Assembly (NCBI RefSeq): GCF_030144855.1
Contig: NC_082725.1
Location: 37,510,001 to 37,574,000, forward strand
Length of the DNA: 64,000 nucleotides
DNA from: Hypanus sabinus
Taxonomy: Eukaryota
Reading direction: 5' to 3'
Each line of letters begins with the position of its first letter. Position 1 is the stretch's first letter. Shown here one piece after another: positions 26,501 to 40,571 of this stretch. The translations under genes and the position numbers were made by a program. Below the pieces are notes generated by a model. It did no database searches. It saw only the letters and a program-made list of their open reading frames with translations, and was not told the origin of the DNA.

Positions 26501-27618
26501 GGCCTTTTATTTCTGGCTTTTCACTTCTTTTGCTATTTGCGTGAATCGTTTTTTTTAAATCATGTATTGGGGGGTTTAATGTTTCTCTTTGAATGGATTC
26601 TATGCTTTTCTTTGCTTTGCGAATCTCTGTGGGAAGATAAATCTCAGATGTATACTGCATTCATACTTGGATAATAAATGTATTTTGAATCTCTGAATAA
26701 TACGACTACTATCTAGATACCTACAGAATAGTAAATTTTAAATTGTCACATACAAGCCTAAAGATCTGACGTCTGTGGAAGTTTTCTTACTCGTGGTTTA
26801 AGATGTTTCCAGATTGGTGGGGCAGTGCGTGAGAGATCACTCTACATGGCAGGAGAGGCTTGTGGCTATGAGACAATCTCAGGTTCTGGGGTATCCTCCA
26901 TGGTGACTGTGGTGTTGACTCTAGGGCTGCAGGAAGTGTTGAATGTCTCAGGCTGCAGCCTTGAAAACCGCTCTTCTCACACAATTGACTCCGCTCTCAA
27001 CTGACTGAAGTGTCCAGACGACATCAGATACAAACTCCACTGCGTAGGAGCATGGTCCACTTCAGTCCTTAATCTTCCCAAATCACACTTTTGATAAGCT
27101 CTGCAGTCCTTCATCGGGACTGCTTGTCCAGGAGTGAAACGTCAAACCTCAAACCTCTGATTGATGAGCAATCAGTACGTCTGAGCTGTATGCCCTGCAT
27201 ACTCCTTCTGAGATTGAAGGTTTGAGGAGATCCAAGCATGAACACAAAAGAGGGCCCAGGAAGAGCATAGCTGGTGAGTTTTTGGTCATGGAGTGTGCTC
27301 CATTACATAATGCAAGGACGAAATTGGGGAGCTTCTGATTCAGTGTTGTATGTTCTGCTGACATTGCCTACAGTGTGTTCTTGACTCCAGACAAATCTTT
27401 CTAGCTGGGAGTTACAGTGCAGGTGTATTACGTCTTATTCCATTCATTTTCAAGAAAGACTAACACTGTTCTGCAACAAACTGGTCCATTGTTATTGACT
27501 GAATGTTCTGGAACACCAGTCCTTGAGAAAAGACATCTGAACACATCAGTGCACAGAAGTCTCTGTAGCAGAGGTTGCTGATAACACTTCTATTTGTACT
27601 CTCACCGATAGTAACAAT

Positions 27619-27815
27619 GTCCCACTTGGTGGCACAATAATATCAGCGCCAGACTCCAGAGCAAAAGTTCCCGAGTTCGAATTCAAATCGGGTTGAGTGT
27701 CAAGCTAGCAACTCGGCCTCGTAAAAACAAGAATAGTTTGCTATGGAGACACCATCATGGCAGAGCCCCGATAACTCCACTGCTGAGTTAAGGGCTATTC
27801 TTCTTCTTCATCATC
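27619..27815 (+). mobile_element. tRNA-headed SINE with RTE-like body, inserted in the Gypsy integrase
   Basis: A-box-like ggtggcacaat; B-box gagttcgaat (27673-27682); gggttgagtgtcaagctagcaactcggcctcgtaaaa segment; (ttc)n(atc)n tail. Confidence 0.5.
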
Positions 27816-29984
27816 AATGGTACCAAGAAATTTGTGCCCATGAATGGTCTGGCAAAATCCATCTGAATCATCTGCCAGGGAAATGCACACCATTCCTAGG
27901 GTTGGAGAGGTAATGTTCTTGGCATCTTCTGGACATATTGGTATCCTGAACAGTGCACAACAAGCTGCTTAATTTGCTAATCTATCCCAGGCCACTTGAC
28001 AAAGCTTTGAGCCAAAGCTTTGAGCCAAAGCTTTCATTTTTGACTATGCCTAGATAACCAGCATATAGCTTCTCCAAAGTTTTAGCTCTCAGCTTGAATG
28101 ATTCTACAACTATGAATTACCACACAAGACACCCTCCATCAGGGGCAAGTTCATCCCTGTGCTCGTAAAAATGGGGCAATTGGGATTTCCGCTGTATATT
28201 CCAGCCATTTTGAATTGCCATGTAGACTGGAGACAGTGAGGAGTATTTTTTATGATTTCTCTTTGAATCATCTCTGTCATTACAAGGAAGCTCTCAATTT
28301 GCATTCGGAAGAATGCATCAGGAGGAGTGTACTCTTCTGTCAATTTTCAGGTATTCCTTTGTCAATAGTAAATGGGACAATCCATCAGCATTTCCATGAT
28401 TCGTCATCCTCTTGAATTTGATCTTTTAACTGAGTCCCCCAGAAAAACAGAGCCCATCTCTACATTCGTGCTGCTGCTGTTAGTGGAACACCCTTCTGTG
28501 GATTGAAAATCGACACCAGTGGTTGACAATCAGTAATAAAGGGAAGCTCTCCCCCATCCAGGTACTCATTAGGGCACTTTACAGCCCAAACCAGACTCAG
28601 GGCACCTTTGTCAATCTGTGCTCAACTTCTCCCTGCAGCAGTAAGATAACATGATGCAAAGGCTACAGGCTAGGCACTTCCATCACACATAACATGTGAC
28701 ATAACTGGACCATTAACAGAAGGTGAGGCATCACTGACAAGCTTCACTGGACAATGTGGATCATAATCTGTGAGTACAGTGTTTGACGTCACTAATTTCT
28801 TTCCCTTTTGGAAAACCACCTCACACTGCTTTGTCCATTGCCATTTCTTTCCAGTCTGTAATAATGAGTTCAAGGGATGGAGCACAATAGCCAGGTTTGT
28901 CAGGAACCTGTTATATTAATGGATAAATCCTAAAAAGGACCACAGCTGTGACACATTTTAGCCTTGGGGCATCAACCGCTGCTTGAATTTTCTCAGTGTA
29001 TTTGTGTAATTCTTGTGTGTCAATAGTGTGACTACAGTAAGTGATGCTTGGTTTAAAGAATACCCAGTTGGGTCATGCTCTAAGTCCATAATCTGTTTTG
29101 AGATTTGAGATGTTTCTTGTCATCCTCACCAGTAACAGTGATATCATCCATGTAACACTGAATGCCCGGGCAGCCCTTCAGCACCTAGCCCATAGCCTAT
29201 TGCCAGAGTTCAGGAGGAAATTACAGCCTATTATAGCACCCAAACCCTTTGTGAGAGTTTATGGTGAGAAACACTTTTAACTCTTCTTCCATCTCCATCT
29301 GCAAGAAGCCCTCAGCTAAGTCCACTTTGCTGAAGTGTTTTCCTTCAGGAACGTCTGCAAAGATATCCTCCATCCTGGGCAGAGAGTACTTTCAGTACTG
29401 GGTTGATGTTGACCTTAAGATCACCACAGATCTTGACAGACTCATTCTTCTTGACCACTGGTAGCACTTCACTGTTACAAATGTTATTTCCATAGGAGTT
29501 CTCTTCTCTCCAGTGAAAGCTCTTAGTTGGACGTCAGCATCTTTTGAAATACCATTCAAACTCATTTTGTGGAATGACTGACACAGCTGAACCAGTGTCC
29601 AATTCCATTTTAATTAATTTGCCATTCACATCTGATGTAAACTTGTCTCCTGTTAGTTTTCACAACGCAAATGCAAAGGCTACCGAGTCCTGTGATACTC
29701 TCCTCATTATCAGATTTTTCATCAACAGCATTAGTGCTCTTTTGGAAACTGCAACTTGAACTTTTAATTTTTTTCTCTTTCCTGTGTAGTCCATTTATTT
29801 TTGTCTACCCAACATGCTCTTTATATCTGTCCTACTTTGTGGCATTTTCTGCAAATTTCGCCTTTAAATGGTGTATACAAGGCAGAACAGTAACAATTTG
29901 TTCAGCCAGGCAGGTTTCTGTCCAGACATTGCAATATCGTTCGCACTCACTTTCATTCCTCACCGCAGCTCTCTTGCATCTCTG

Positions 29985-31162
29985 TTCCACTTCTCCTTCA
30001 AGATCCTCCATCTCTGCCACATCTGCTCTCAGGATGAGGCTTTTCATTCTAGAATGAAGGAGATGTCCTCCTTTTTCAAAGAAAGAGGCCTCACTTCCTC
30101 CACCATCAATGCTGCCCTCAACCACATCTCTTCCATTTCATGTAAGTCTGTTCCTTCCCCATCCTCCTGCCATGCTACCAGGGATAAGGGGTTCTTCTTG
30201 TCCTCACCTAGCACCCCAACAGCCATCGCGTTCGGCACATAATTCTCTGAAACTTCTGCCACCTCCAACTGGATCCCACCACCAAACACATCTTTCCCTT
30301 CTCCCCCCCCCCCCCCCCACTTTCTGCTTTCCACAGGGATCGCTCCCTACACAACTCTCTTGTCTATTCGTCCCTCCCCACTGATCTCCCTCCTGGCACT
30401 TATCCTTGCAAGCGGAACAAGTGCTACACCTGTCCCTACACCACCTCCCTCACTGCCATTCAGAGCCCCAAACACTCTTTCCAGGTGAGGTGACACTTCA
30501 CCTGTAGTTCGGTTGTGGTCATACACTGTGTTCGGTGCTCCTGGTGTGGCTTCATATCTGTGAGACTGTCACTGAGCATCTACACTCCATCCACCAGAAC
30601 AAGTGGGATCTCCCAATGGCCACCCATTTTAATTCCATGTCCCATCCCAATTCTGACATGTCCATCCATGGCCTCCTGCACTGTCAGGATAAGGCCACAC
30701 CTAGGTTGGAGGAACAACACCTTATATTCCATTTAGATAGCCTCCAACCTGATGGCATGAACAGCAATTTCTCAAACTTCCAGTAATGCATCCCCCACCT
30801 CCCTTCACCATTTCCAATCCCCTTGTCCCCTTCTCATGTTATCTCCTTGCCCCCACCCCATCACCTTTTTCTTTCTTCCATGACCTTCTGTCTCTTTCAC
30901 CAATCAACTTTCCAGCTTTGTTTCACCCTTCTCCTTCCAAGTTTCACCTATCGCCTGGAGTTTCTCTCTTCCCCTCCCCCCCCCCCACCTTTCAAATCTA
31001 CTAGCTTTTTTTCCTCCCCCTCCAGTCCTGCCTAAGGGTTTCAGCCCCAAACATTGACAATTGTACTTTTTCTCTATAGATGTTGCCCAGTCTGCAGAGT
31101 TTCTCCAGCATTTTGTGTGTGTTGCTTGGATTTCTCTTGCATCTGCAGATTTTCTCTTGTTT
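29985..31162 (+). mobile_element. Penelope-like element, 5'-truncated (RT thumb, Cys-rich linker, GIY-YIG endonuclease, terminal repeat)
   Basis: LHLCHICSQDEAFH...FFKERG, PGTYPCKRNKCYTC, VIHCVRCSWCG...ICET and MATHFN...LEEQHLIF..LQPDGMN*; ends in the repeat carrying a degenerate hammerhead at 31023-31058. Confidence 0.88.
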
Positions 31163-33032
31163 GCTCATTTCAGCTGGTCTGGTAGGAGTTAAAATTTCTA
31201 AGCAAATTGTATGCTTTCCCATCTATTACAGTCGGCAAAACTGGCACTTGTTTCTCATTAGCTATTTCATTTGCTTCAAAATACTGCTCAATTCATTGAG
31301 TATGCATCAGCCAGTTATCAGTTGTGCAATCAAGTACTGTCTGTTTTTCCAATGTAACCAGCCATTCTGCTGTTTTATTTTGTTTATGAATATGATCACC
31401 TGGTACTTATTGTTTGTGCACCCATGAATTGTGTCCATTTTCTGACTTTTTATTTCAACTTGACCCTTCCAAAGAAAAATATGCTGCATTTCAACAGGAT
31501 GACAGTCATCTCAGGTTCATTTTGAAAGGTACTCATGAACACTTATATTTTGTAACTCCAGAAATTAATCAAAAGAAAAACACAGGAGCCCAGAAAAATA
31601 CCTATACTTCATTTTACTTTAGCGACTCATACACATTTGACGTAATGGCATAATGACGTATGCCATTCACGTACTTCTTACGCATAACCCATAAAGAATT
31701 ATGTTCACAAAAATTGCTCAAGTATATTTACAATATTACTGAAATATTAAATACAAAACATGTGACTAAAATGGCTGAGCAGCCCATATGCTTAGACTGT
31801 ATATTTAGGCTTTCCTTCAAAAAAGAGAGGCAGCCAACTATTAAACAAATAAGCGAAAATAAAAGTCAAACTTATCACTCACAGCTTTGTGGATGAATGA
31901 AACATTGCAGAGTTGGTACAATACCATAGACAGCTTTGTGATACAGACAATTTCCATGGTCTGAAGGTGAACAGTGGAATCCAAATGCATGTATCATGAA
32001 ATAAACCAGAAGTCAATGAATTATCGGCATGTTCCCCTTTTGTAATGCAACAGATTTGAATCTCCAACTTCCAAAATGGCCTTTTGTGTGTTAATAATGC
32101 AATATCTCCTTCCTTTACCAGCTATGTTGGAGCCTTTAAACAACTTAAACACCCATCTAGAAAGACTGACAAGACAGGGTGTTGGGATCCAGGGTAAGAG
32201 CTGATTTCACTCATTCTCCTCTCTCTGTGGCACAGAGGCTATGAAGACTGCGCTGGCTGCAGAACTCTGTGCCCTCTAATATGAATAACTGATAAGCAAG
32301 GCTTTGGGCCTACTGTGGCCTGCTTTTGGTTTCAGACCTGGGGACTAAATTTTGGTTTGGCATGTTGTTGTTTGCTTCAATTGTTTCCATGTTTTGTATT
32401 ATATTTTTCTCTTTCTCTTCAGCTGTTTTTTTTAAACTCAGGTTCTTTCAGATTTCTTGATTTATGGCTACCTGTGAGTAAGCAAATCTCAAGGTTGTAT
32501 AATCTATACATACTTTGATGATACTTGAATCTTGATTCATACAAGTTAAATGTGATTTTTTATGATTTAGCTACAATTCTCCTGATGTCTTGCATACCTA
32601 TACTGCATATAGGTTAAGTTCTGGGCTTTGCACTCCCTAGTGGACAACAGGGCAACATTCCAACCTAGCACTTAGTATAACACTTTACAGCACCAGTGAC
32701 TGGATTTCAATTCCTGTCATGTTGGTTTCCTCTGGGTGCTCTGGTTTCCTCCTACATTCAAAGACATAGGTTAATTGGTCTCATGTGTATAATTGGGTAG
32801 CAAGGGGTCAATGAGCTTAAAACCCTGCTTCCAATCGGTATCTCTAAATGAATAGTACAGATAGAAAAGTTTAATTTCTTTAATAAAATGATACATTTTG
32901 TTCTTATTTCTGAAATGGTTATACAACTAAAAAAATTAATTTTGGAAGTTCCAGAACAATCCAACCAAACCCAATTAACAAGACAAAACTGCTAACATTC
33001 ACATTTTTATTTCTACTCTCCCTCCCCTCAAA

Positions 33033-33057
33033 ACACACACACACACACACACACACA
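33033..33057. repeat. (AC)n microsatellite
   Basis: About 12 AC units. Confidence 0.95.
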
Positions 33058-34309
33058 GAATCTGATACAATTAGGTTTCACTAATCACACAAAAGGGCCC
33101 AGAAGACTATTTTTATAGAGAAATCTTAGAATCAATATTATGCTGTATCATCATAGAAGATATTTGATTCAGTTTTGAAAAATGAGAGGAAATACTTTTT
33201 AAAAGTAAAAACACACTGCTTCAGTGATTTGGTAGCTCTTCCCAGTTTATCTCGAACCTACATTTCCCAAAACAAGAAATTGACTCATTGCTGGCATATG
33301 ATGCAATGTACACTGATTTGTGAAGGCGGGGCAGATAACCCATAAATCTATTGAAAAAATTCATACAAATTAATTAAGATTGAGCTCCTCATCAGAAGGA
33401 AGAAATGAAGCTTTCTCATAGACTATGAAACTGTTGCAACTATTCAGTGTATTGTTTCTGCTTTAAAAAATATAAATTGGTGGCACTTTTACCCAGGAAT
33501 CAGAAAAAACACAATTTTAGTGGACACTCTACAGGTTGCTGCATTATCAAAAGTACTGGTCTGCCAAAGGAGTAGTAATTCACATGAAGTAACTAGTACA
33601 TCATTGCCTATAAAGCATTTGAAAATGGTGTGAAGTTATGAAATGGATTGAAAATCCTTTCTTAACTGGAACATGATAAGAACTCTGACATTAAGTTTCC
33701 TAGCTGACAAGTGTTCAAGAAAGATAACAAATATTTGACAGAAAACAAAATCATTTCCAAGTGAAGAATAAAGATTGCTCGACTAATTACCTCCATCAAT
33801 CGTCTCAGAATCTGGAAATAAAGGGAAACACTCACACACTGTATTTCAAGTGTTTCTCAGATGATTCTAGTGAATTTTGCCTTTTTTGGAGTAAGAAAAT
33901 ACTCCAGAACCAATCTAAAATGAATATTTGCCTAGACTTACAGCCCTTCTCTCTACAATTCCACCACACAATATCTGTGCCTCATTCATCCCTCCCACAG
34001 AAAAGATTCTTTTTCAGACTTCAAAAACATAATTTCCACCTTACCCTGCCATATCTCAGCATTTCGTGTCCCTCACCATAAATAAAACAAAAAATTATGG
34101 ATGTCCTCACAAACTAGGTATCGAAAGGCCAATGTGTGCAAGGTATTCAAGTATACTGACGCCATGGAAATACATGAGCAAGCTTACTGAAATGAAGATA
34201 CTTGGATTCTACAACTAAGTATAGAAAGATTGTGCAAACAGCAAAAACTTGGCATGTAGAAGTTGCAAGGAGAAATTGAAAGGTAGATTTGTAACCTAAA
34301 TTGGAAAAA

Positions 34310-35210
34310 AATCTGTCAATGAGCAGAGGGATTTTGGAGTTTTGTGTATGAATCATAAGTTAGCGTGTACATGCAACGTATAGTTGGGAAGGTAAAAGAC
34401 ATATTGACCTTATTGCAATTGGGTTCAGTTTTAAAAATAGAGTATATTACAATAGACAGGTGTTGCTCAGACCACACCTGCAATATTGTATAAGCTTTAG
34501 TCCCCTTATCTAAAAGGATATACTGACATTGGAGTCAGTCCAGATGAAATTCACCAGGCTAATTCCTGGGATGCCTCAGCTCCAGAAAAATCCTGATCTC
34601 TGGTCCAGGTGCATATTTGCCTTGTAATTCTGGGCTTCCCCGGGTGCTCAGATCTCTTCCCACCTCTCAATGATGTGTGGGTCAGGAGGTTAATTGGTCA
34701 CAACAAAACGCGCCTTGGGCATTTAACAGAACATGCAAAGGATTGAGAAAAATATGACGAGAATAAAATGGGATTAGTATGGGGACAATGGTCAGTACAA
34801 AATTGATCAGCCGAAGGATCTGTTTTAGTATTTATGACTTTGGGACAAGAATGGCTAGAAATGTTGGATTTGCATTCTTTGAAATTTAGAAGTATGAAGA
34901 GTGACCTTAATGAAACGATAAAGATCCTAAGAAAACAAGGTAGATGTTGAGATGATTGCAGAAGTGGGGAAGTCTTGAACAAGAGAAGGAAGCTATGAAG
35001 GAACCAGTCATTTAAAACTAAGGTGCATAGGAGTTTCTTCTCATAGGCACATGGAACTGTGAAGTGTCAGAATTATCTGACTGAGTCTTATGGAGCTAGA
35101 ATACTGGAAGTATTTAAAGAGGAGGTAGATTTTCTGAATGAGGATAAGGGGTGATCATATTTGATCAATATGGTCAGTGGTGATCATATTAAATTGAGAG
35201 GCAGGCACCA
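34310..35210 (+). mobile_element. Degenerate CR1 3' region interrupted by a SINE (~34570-34840)
   Basis: LRPHLQYC-like segment and attcaccaggctaattcctgggatg; CR1 resumes after 34840. Confidence 0.6.
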
Positions 35211-35223
35211 TACTTGATACATG

Positions 35224-35759
35224 CACTCAATGGCCAATTTATTACATACACCTGCTTGTTAATAACAAACATCTATTCAGCCAGTCATGTCTCAGCGACT
35301 CAAAGCAGGCATGGTCAAGAGATTCAGTTCTTGTTCAAACCAAACATCCAATTTGGGAAGGAACGTGATCCAAATTACTTTGGACCATGGAATGACTGTT
35401 GGCACCAGATGAGACAATTTAAGCATCTCAGAAACTGCTGATCTCCTCAGATTTTCATGCACAGCAGTCTCTACAGTTTACAGAACAAAAATAGCACCCT
35501 TTGAGTGATGATTCTGTGCATGAAAATATCTTGTTAATGCGAGAGGTCAGAGGAAAATGGCCAGACTTCTTGAAGCCGACAGGAAGGTGACAGTAACTCA
35601 AACACACTTTACAACAGTGGTGTGCAGAAGAAGCGTATCTGAATGCACAACACATTGAACCTTGAAGTGAATGGGCTACAGCAGCAGAAGGCCATGATCA
35701 TACATACAGTGGCCTCTTTATTAAGTACAGGACGTAACTAATAAAGTGGCCACTGAGTG
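35224..35759 (+). mobile_element. Tc1/mariner internally deleted element
   Basis: TIRs cactcaatggccaatttatta / taataaagtggccactgagtg followed by TA at 35760-61; internal SISETADLL.FS.T.VS.VYR HTH remnant of a Tc1 transposase. Confidence 0.82.
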
Positions 35760-36709
35760 TATATTCACTACTTCCTTCATTGCTTGCATACTCCTCTGCA
35801 TTGTCATTCTTCTTAAACAATGCCTTATGTAAGTTTTTGTTTCCTTTTCGCTATGACGTACAAGTCATGAACACCATTATATTTCAAAAAGTTCTGCAAG
35901 TGTCTGCTGCCACACCTCAAATAAACCAAGTGGCAATTCATCCTTTTGAAGTCTGTAGAATGTTATATTGCCCAATGTTCTTCCCTCTTTTTTAGGATTA
36001 TCTTGATAGTAAGTCAAGGAACAATAATCACCAAAAAGTCCTCAATTAAGTTTCAGCTGTTTATTTTTAAAATTTTGGAACAAGGGCTATATTATTTCCT
36101 CATAAAGATAAGAATGTTCACACAAATGAACGGAAGCTATACAAAACATTCATACTCATCCTTACTTTTTCAGATCTACAGGACATTTGAAACATTTTTA
36201 TATTACAATCATTTACTTCTGGTGTCCACAACAGACATGCAATCAACGTTTGTCCAAAAGTCCACCTAGAAGCTATTGGATTTACCTTTAGCCAACTTCG
36301 TTGTAATGTTAACTTAAGAATAACTATTGGCCAAAGCAGAGCTGCTGTGTAATTCTTCAGATAGTCTGCGGGATTACTTTCTTTCACCTAAAACAGAGTT
36401 TAACATCACAGCCAAAAGGAGTGCCAAGGTACTATATTAAATATTACCAACTCGTGCATATACAGAACTTGGGGAAATGCATCAGTGACTTCTCAAACAA
36501 TTGGCCATTTACATAAAATAAAAGACCCAAATCTGAAAAAAGAGCTTGGTGCATTCCCAGAAAAGTAAACTTACATATCATTGGGATAAACACGATCTGC
36601 AGATTTTGGAAATGAAAGCAGTACACACAAAATGCAAAAGTAACTCAGCACACCAGGCTGCATTGATGCAAAAGACTAAACAGTTGATGTTTCTGCCAGA
36701 GACCTCCAG

Positions 36710-37360
36710 TGAATCAAATTGAATTGAAATTATTACCTACATCCTTCATATATACGAGGAGTAAAAATCTTTACATCACATCGCCAATGTGCAATTTATT
36801 GTAATTTGTAATAAACAGTATGTACAACAGAATAATCAATATAACATAGAAATACAGTTGTGCCAACATGAGTTAAGCAGTCTGATGGTCTGGTAGAAGA
36901 AGCTGTCCTGGAGCCCGTTGGTCCTGGCTTTAATGCTGCGATACCGTTTCCCAGATGGTAGCAGCTGGAACAGTTGTGGTTGAGGTGACTCACGTCCCCA
37001 ATGATCCTTCGGGCCCTTTTTACACACCCATCTTTGTAAATGTCCTGAATAGTGGGAAGTTCACATCTACAGATGCGCTGGACTGTTCACACCACTCTCT
37101 GCAGAGTCCTGCAATTGAGGGAAGTACAGTTCCCATACCAGGCAGCGATGCAGCCAATCAGGATGCCCTCAATTGTGCTCCTGTAGAAAGTTCTTGGGAT
37201 TTGGGGGCCCACACCAAACTTCTTCAGTAGACTGAGGTGAAAGAGGCACTATTGTGCTTTCTCCCCCACCACACAGCCAGTATGTACAGATCACAGGAGA
37301 TCCTTGGTGATGTTTATGCCGCGGACTTTAAAGCTGTTCACCCTCTCATCCCCACATCCA
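36710..37360 (-). mobile_element. Rex1/Babar 3' fragment, relatively young
   Basis: QLFQLLPSGKRYRSIKARTNGLQDSFFYQTIRLLN; (tgaat)n tail at 36710-36730. Confidence 0.85.
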
Positions 37361-38839
37361 GTCTATTATTATTTTAGTCTATTATTGGGATAAGGTGCTG
37401 GACTGGGTTTCTGAGTCATAATACAGATGACATTTTAAGTATGACTGATGGTCTCCACCTCTCCTTCCCTTCTCTTCCAGTTTCCCCCTTCTCCAAAACA
37501 GTGTCCTTGTTTACACATGGAGATGCAAGACCTGAGATGACATTCTTGTTTCTACTCTTAACTTCAGACTCCTGTTACTAGCTCCATCATATGAGAGTGG
37601 GGAGTAGGGGGGTTTGGATGGTAATTGAGTGAAGAAACATTAACCTAATCCCAAACACTTTGTAAGGTCTCCAAATGATTTTTTTTCCACCTTAAATTCA
37701 GCCATCAGTTGTGAACAAGAACTTTGGCTAAACTGATCTACCCTCTCTGCAGTGATACAAATTATGTCCTTGTACCTCACCAATTGATATCAGATGATTC
37801 ATTCTTGTCGAGGAGCATCACTGGAACTGTTCTTAACTAAGTGGTTCATATCCAAATTAGGTTATCAATTTCATCATCAGAAGTGATTGGCTGGGCAAGA
37901 GGTTAGAAGATTTTTAAAAAATTAATACCTTGAATTGAATCCTTTCCAAATATAAGCACATAAGTCATTGAAAATCCAAAATAGTTATTTTACTTGGAGG
38001 ATTATTTTATTTACACTAAGTTATTTTTACTTATTTTTCTAAAGCACAGCTATTTTTGCTCGCTGCTCTCTTAACTAAACCTTTTTTGAAACTTTTCCTA
38101 TATTAGTTTATCCACTGACCTCTTTGCAATTGAGGTCAATTATCTAGGTTGTTCCCATGGAAAAGCCAGAGATGAAGTTGAACCAAATACAGAACAGCAA
38201 AGCAGCAATACCTTCAGGCTCTCTGTCAGCCACTTCATCTCCACTGTTACTGGATTGTAGTCCCAAGGAAAATCAGATTCCACACTGTATTATCATGAAA
38301 ATTCATCCCAAAGTGATCTGCTATGTTGACAAGAGTCCATAACATTTTGAGATGGGTCTTTGAAATAGTACAACAGCAAGTGTGCAGCATATATAAAAAC
38401 ACTGACAAATAGAGAACGCAGTTGCTTCCTGTTTGAATCACAACAGTTAACTGTTCACAGACCCCAAGCATCCTACTTCACAGCTCTGCAGTGACCCAAA
38501 CCACAAGCTAGTTATACACTTTACAGCAGCAACCACAGTAAAGCACTCCAGTCAACCCCAATGCATAATATGGACTTCTGACCATACACAATTCTCCACT
38601 ACCTTGTACTGTCTGACCCCTTTCAATATTAACTTCAATGAAACTTAATACTGCATATGCTGGAAAGCAAAAAAAAAGGAAAACACTGGAAAAATACACA
38701 GCATCTGTGGAAGGAGAACAGAACTAATATCTCAGATCTTTGACCTGACAAAAAACCTTCAATCCGAAGCTCCATTTCTCTTTCCAGAAACGCTGCCTGA
38801 CCTAGTGAGTATTTCCAACATTCTTTGCTTTCATTCTAT

Positions 38840-40510
38840 GAGAGGGACAAAATTGATCCACTGGAAGACCAGAATGGTAATCCATGTGTGGAGCTGAAAC
38901 AGATGAGGGAGACCTTTATTGCATTCTTTGCATGGGAGACAGATAGTCTATAGAAGTGAGGCAAAACAGCATCAACTTCATGGACCCTGTACAGATTACA
39001 GAGGAGGTGTTTGATACCCTGAGGCAACCAAGGATACCCAGGCATTCCTTGATGCCCTACTTGCTTGAGACCCAGCAAGTGCAGAAATTGCTGGGGCCCT
39101 AGCAGAGATATTCAAAACATCCTTAGCGACAGAAGAGGTACCCGAGGACTGGAGGATAACCAATGTTGTTCCACTGTTTAAAAAAGGCTCTAAACAGAAA
39201 CCAGAGAATTATAGGCTGGGTTAGCCTGACATCAGTTGTGGGAAAGTTATTGCAAGGTAATAGGAATATATTTGGATAAACATGGGACTGATTAAGGATA
39301 GTCAGTATGGCTTTGCGCGTAGTAGGGCGTTACCGGGATAGTGGATGAAGGCAAGGCAGTGGATGCAGTCTACATTGACTTTATTAAGGCATTTGGCAAT
39401 GTCCTGCATGGGAAGCTGGTCAAAAAGGTTCAGTTGCTCAGCTTTCAGGATGAGGTCGTAAATTGGATAAGACATTGGCTTTGTGGGAGAAGCCAGAGAG
39501 TGGTAGTAGAGTATTGTCTCTCTGACTGGAGGACAGTGAGTAATGGTGTGCCGCAAGGATTGGTGTTGGGTCCTTTGTCATCTATATCAATGATCTGGAT
39601 GATAATATGGTTAACTGGATCAGCAAATTTGTGGATGACACCATGATTGGGGGTGTAGTGGATAATAAGGAAGAGGAATCTGCATCAGCTGGAAAAATGG
39701 GCTGAAAATGACAGATGGAATTTAATGCAGACAAGTGCAAAGTTTTGCACTTGGTAGGTCCAACCAGGGTAAGTCTTACACAGGAACTGCAGGACACTGA
39801 TGAGTGTGGTAAAACAAAGGGATCTGGGAATAATTTGTTGAAAGTGGCTTCACGGGTAGATGGGTTTGTAAAGAAAGCATTTGGCACACTGGCCTTCATA
39901 AATCAATGTACTGAGTACAAAAGATGATATATTAATTTGAAATTGTACAAGACAATGATGGGGCCCAACTTGAAGTATTGTGTGCAGTTTTGGTCACCCA
40001 CCTATAGGAAAGATGTAAAATAAAAGGTTGAAAGAATGCAGAGCAAATTTGCAAAGATGTTGCCGGGTCTGGAGTATTTGAGTTATAAGGAAAGATTGAA
40101 TAGGTTAGGACTGTATCCTTTAAAACATAGATGATTGAGGGGCGATTTGATAGAGGTATACAAAATTATGGGGGAGATAGGGTAAATGCAAGCAAATGTT
40201 TTCCACTGAATTTGGGTGAGACTACAACCTGAGGTCATAGGTTAAGGGTGAAAAGTTAAAGGGGTACATGAGGGGGGATCTTTCTCACTCAGCAGGCCAG
40301 AAGAGGCTGGAATGAGCTGTCAGCACAAGTTATCCATGTGAACTCAATTCCATCATTTCAAGCCAAATTTGGACAGGTACATGATTAGTAGGGATATGGA
40401 GTGCTATGGTCCAGGTGCAGGCCATTGGAAGTAGGGAGTTTAAATGGACTAGAAAAGCCAAAGGGTTCCATTTCTGTGCTGTACTTCTCCATAACTGTAT
40501 GACTTTATTT
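38840..40510 (+). mobile_element. CR1 LINE, decayed RT and 3' UTR
   Basis: DEGKAVDAVYIDFIKAFGNV, VPQGLVLGP, FVDDT and MEFNADKCKVLH motifs. Confidence 0.88.
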
Positions 40511-40571
40511 TTAGCCTTTATCCCAGCCATAAGACTCACTTTCTTCATGTGACTCATCTTTCCCCCCCATC

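Larger units (their letters stand above)
26780..31440 (-). mobile_element. Gypsy/Ty3 LTR-retrotransposon internal region (gag-PR-RT-RH-IN), decayed; interrupted by a SINE and a Penelope element
   Basis: Gag N-terminus IEQYFEANEIANEKQVPV (~31240-31295); zinc-knuckle-like CRKCHKVG (~29830-29855); protease VNGKLIKMELDTGSAVSVIP (29572-29628); VLTDYDPHCPVKLVSDASP (RT-RH); integrase LPNFVLAL...SPAMLFLG...LDLLKP. Confidence 0.85.

Noticed and set aside
28001-28034. Short tandem repeat (aagctttgagcca x2.5), superficially array-like
   Set aside because: Local slippage inside the Gypsy integrase; no spacers; eukaryotic context, so not CRISPR.
34147-34356. RFFSNLG peptide resembling NHE3 exon 2 (RLFFxNLG)
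   Set aside because: Flanks lack the YFMPN and TILLYAV context and the region abuts a CR1 remnant; chance match.
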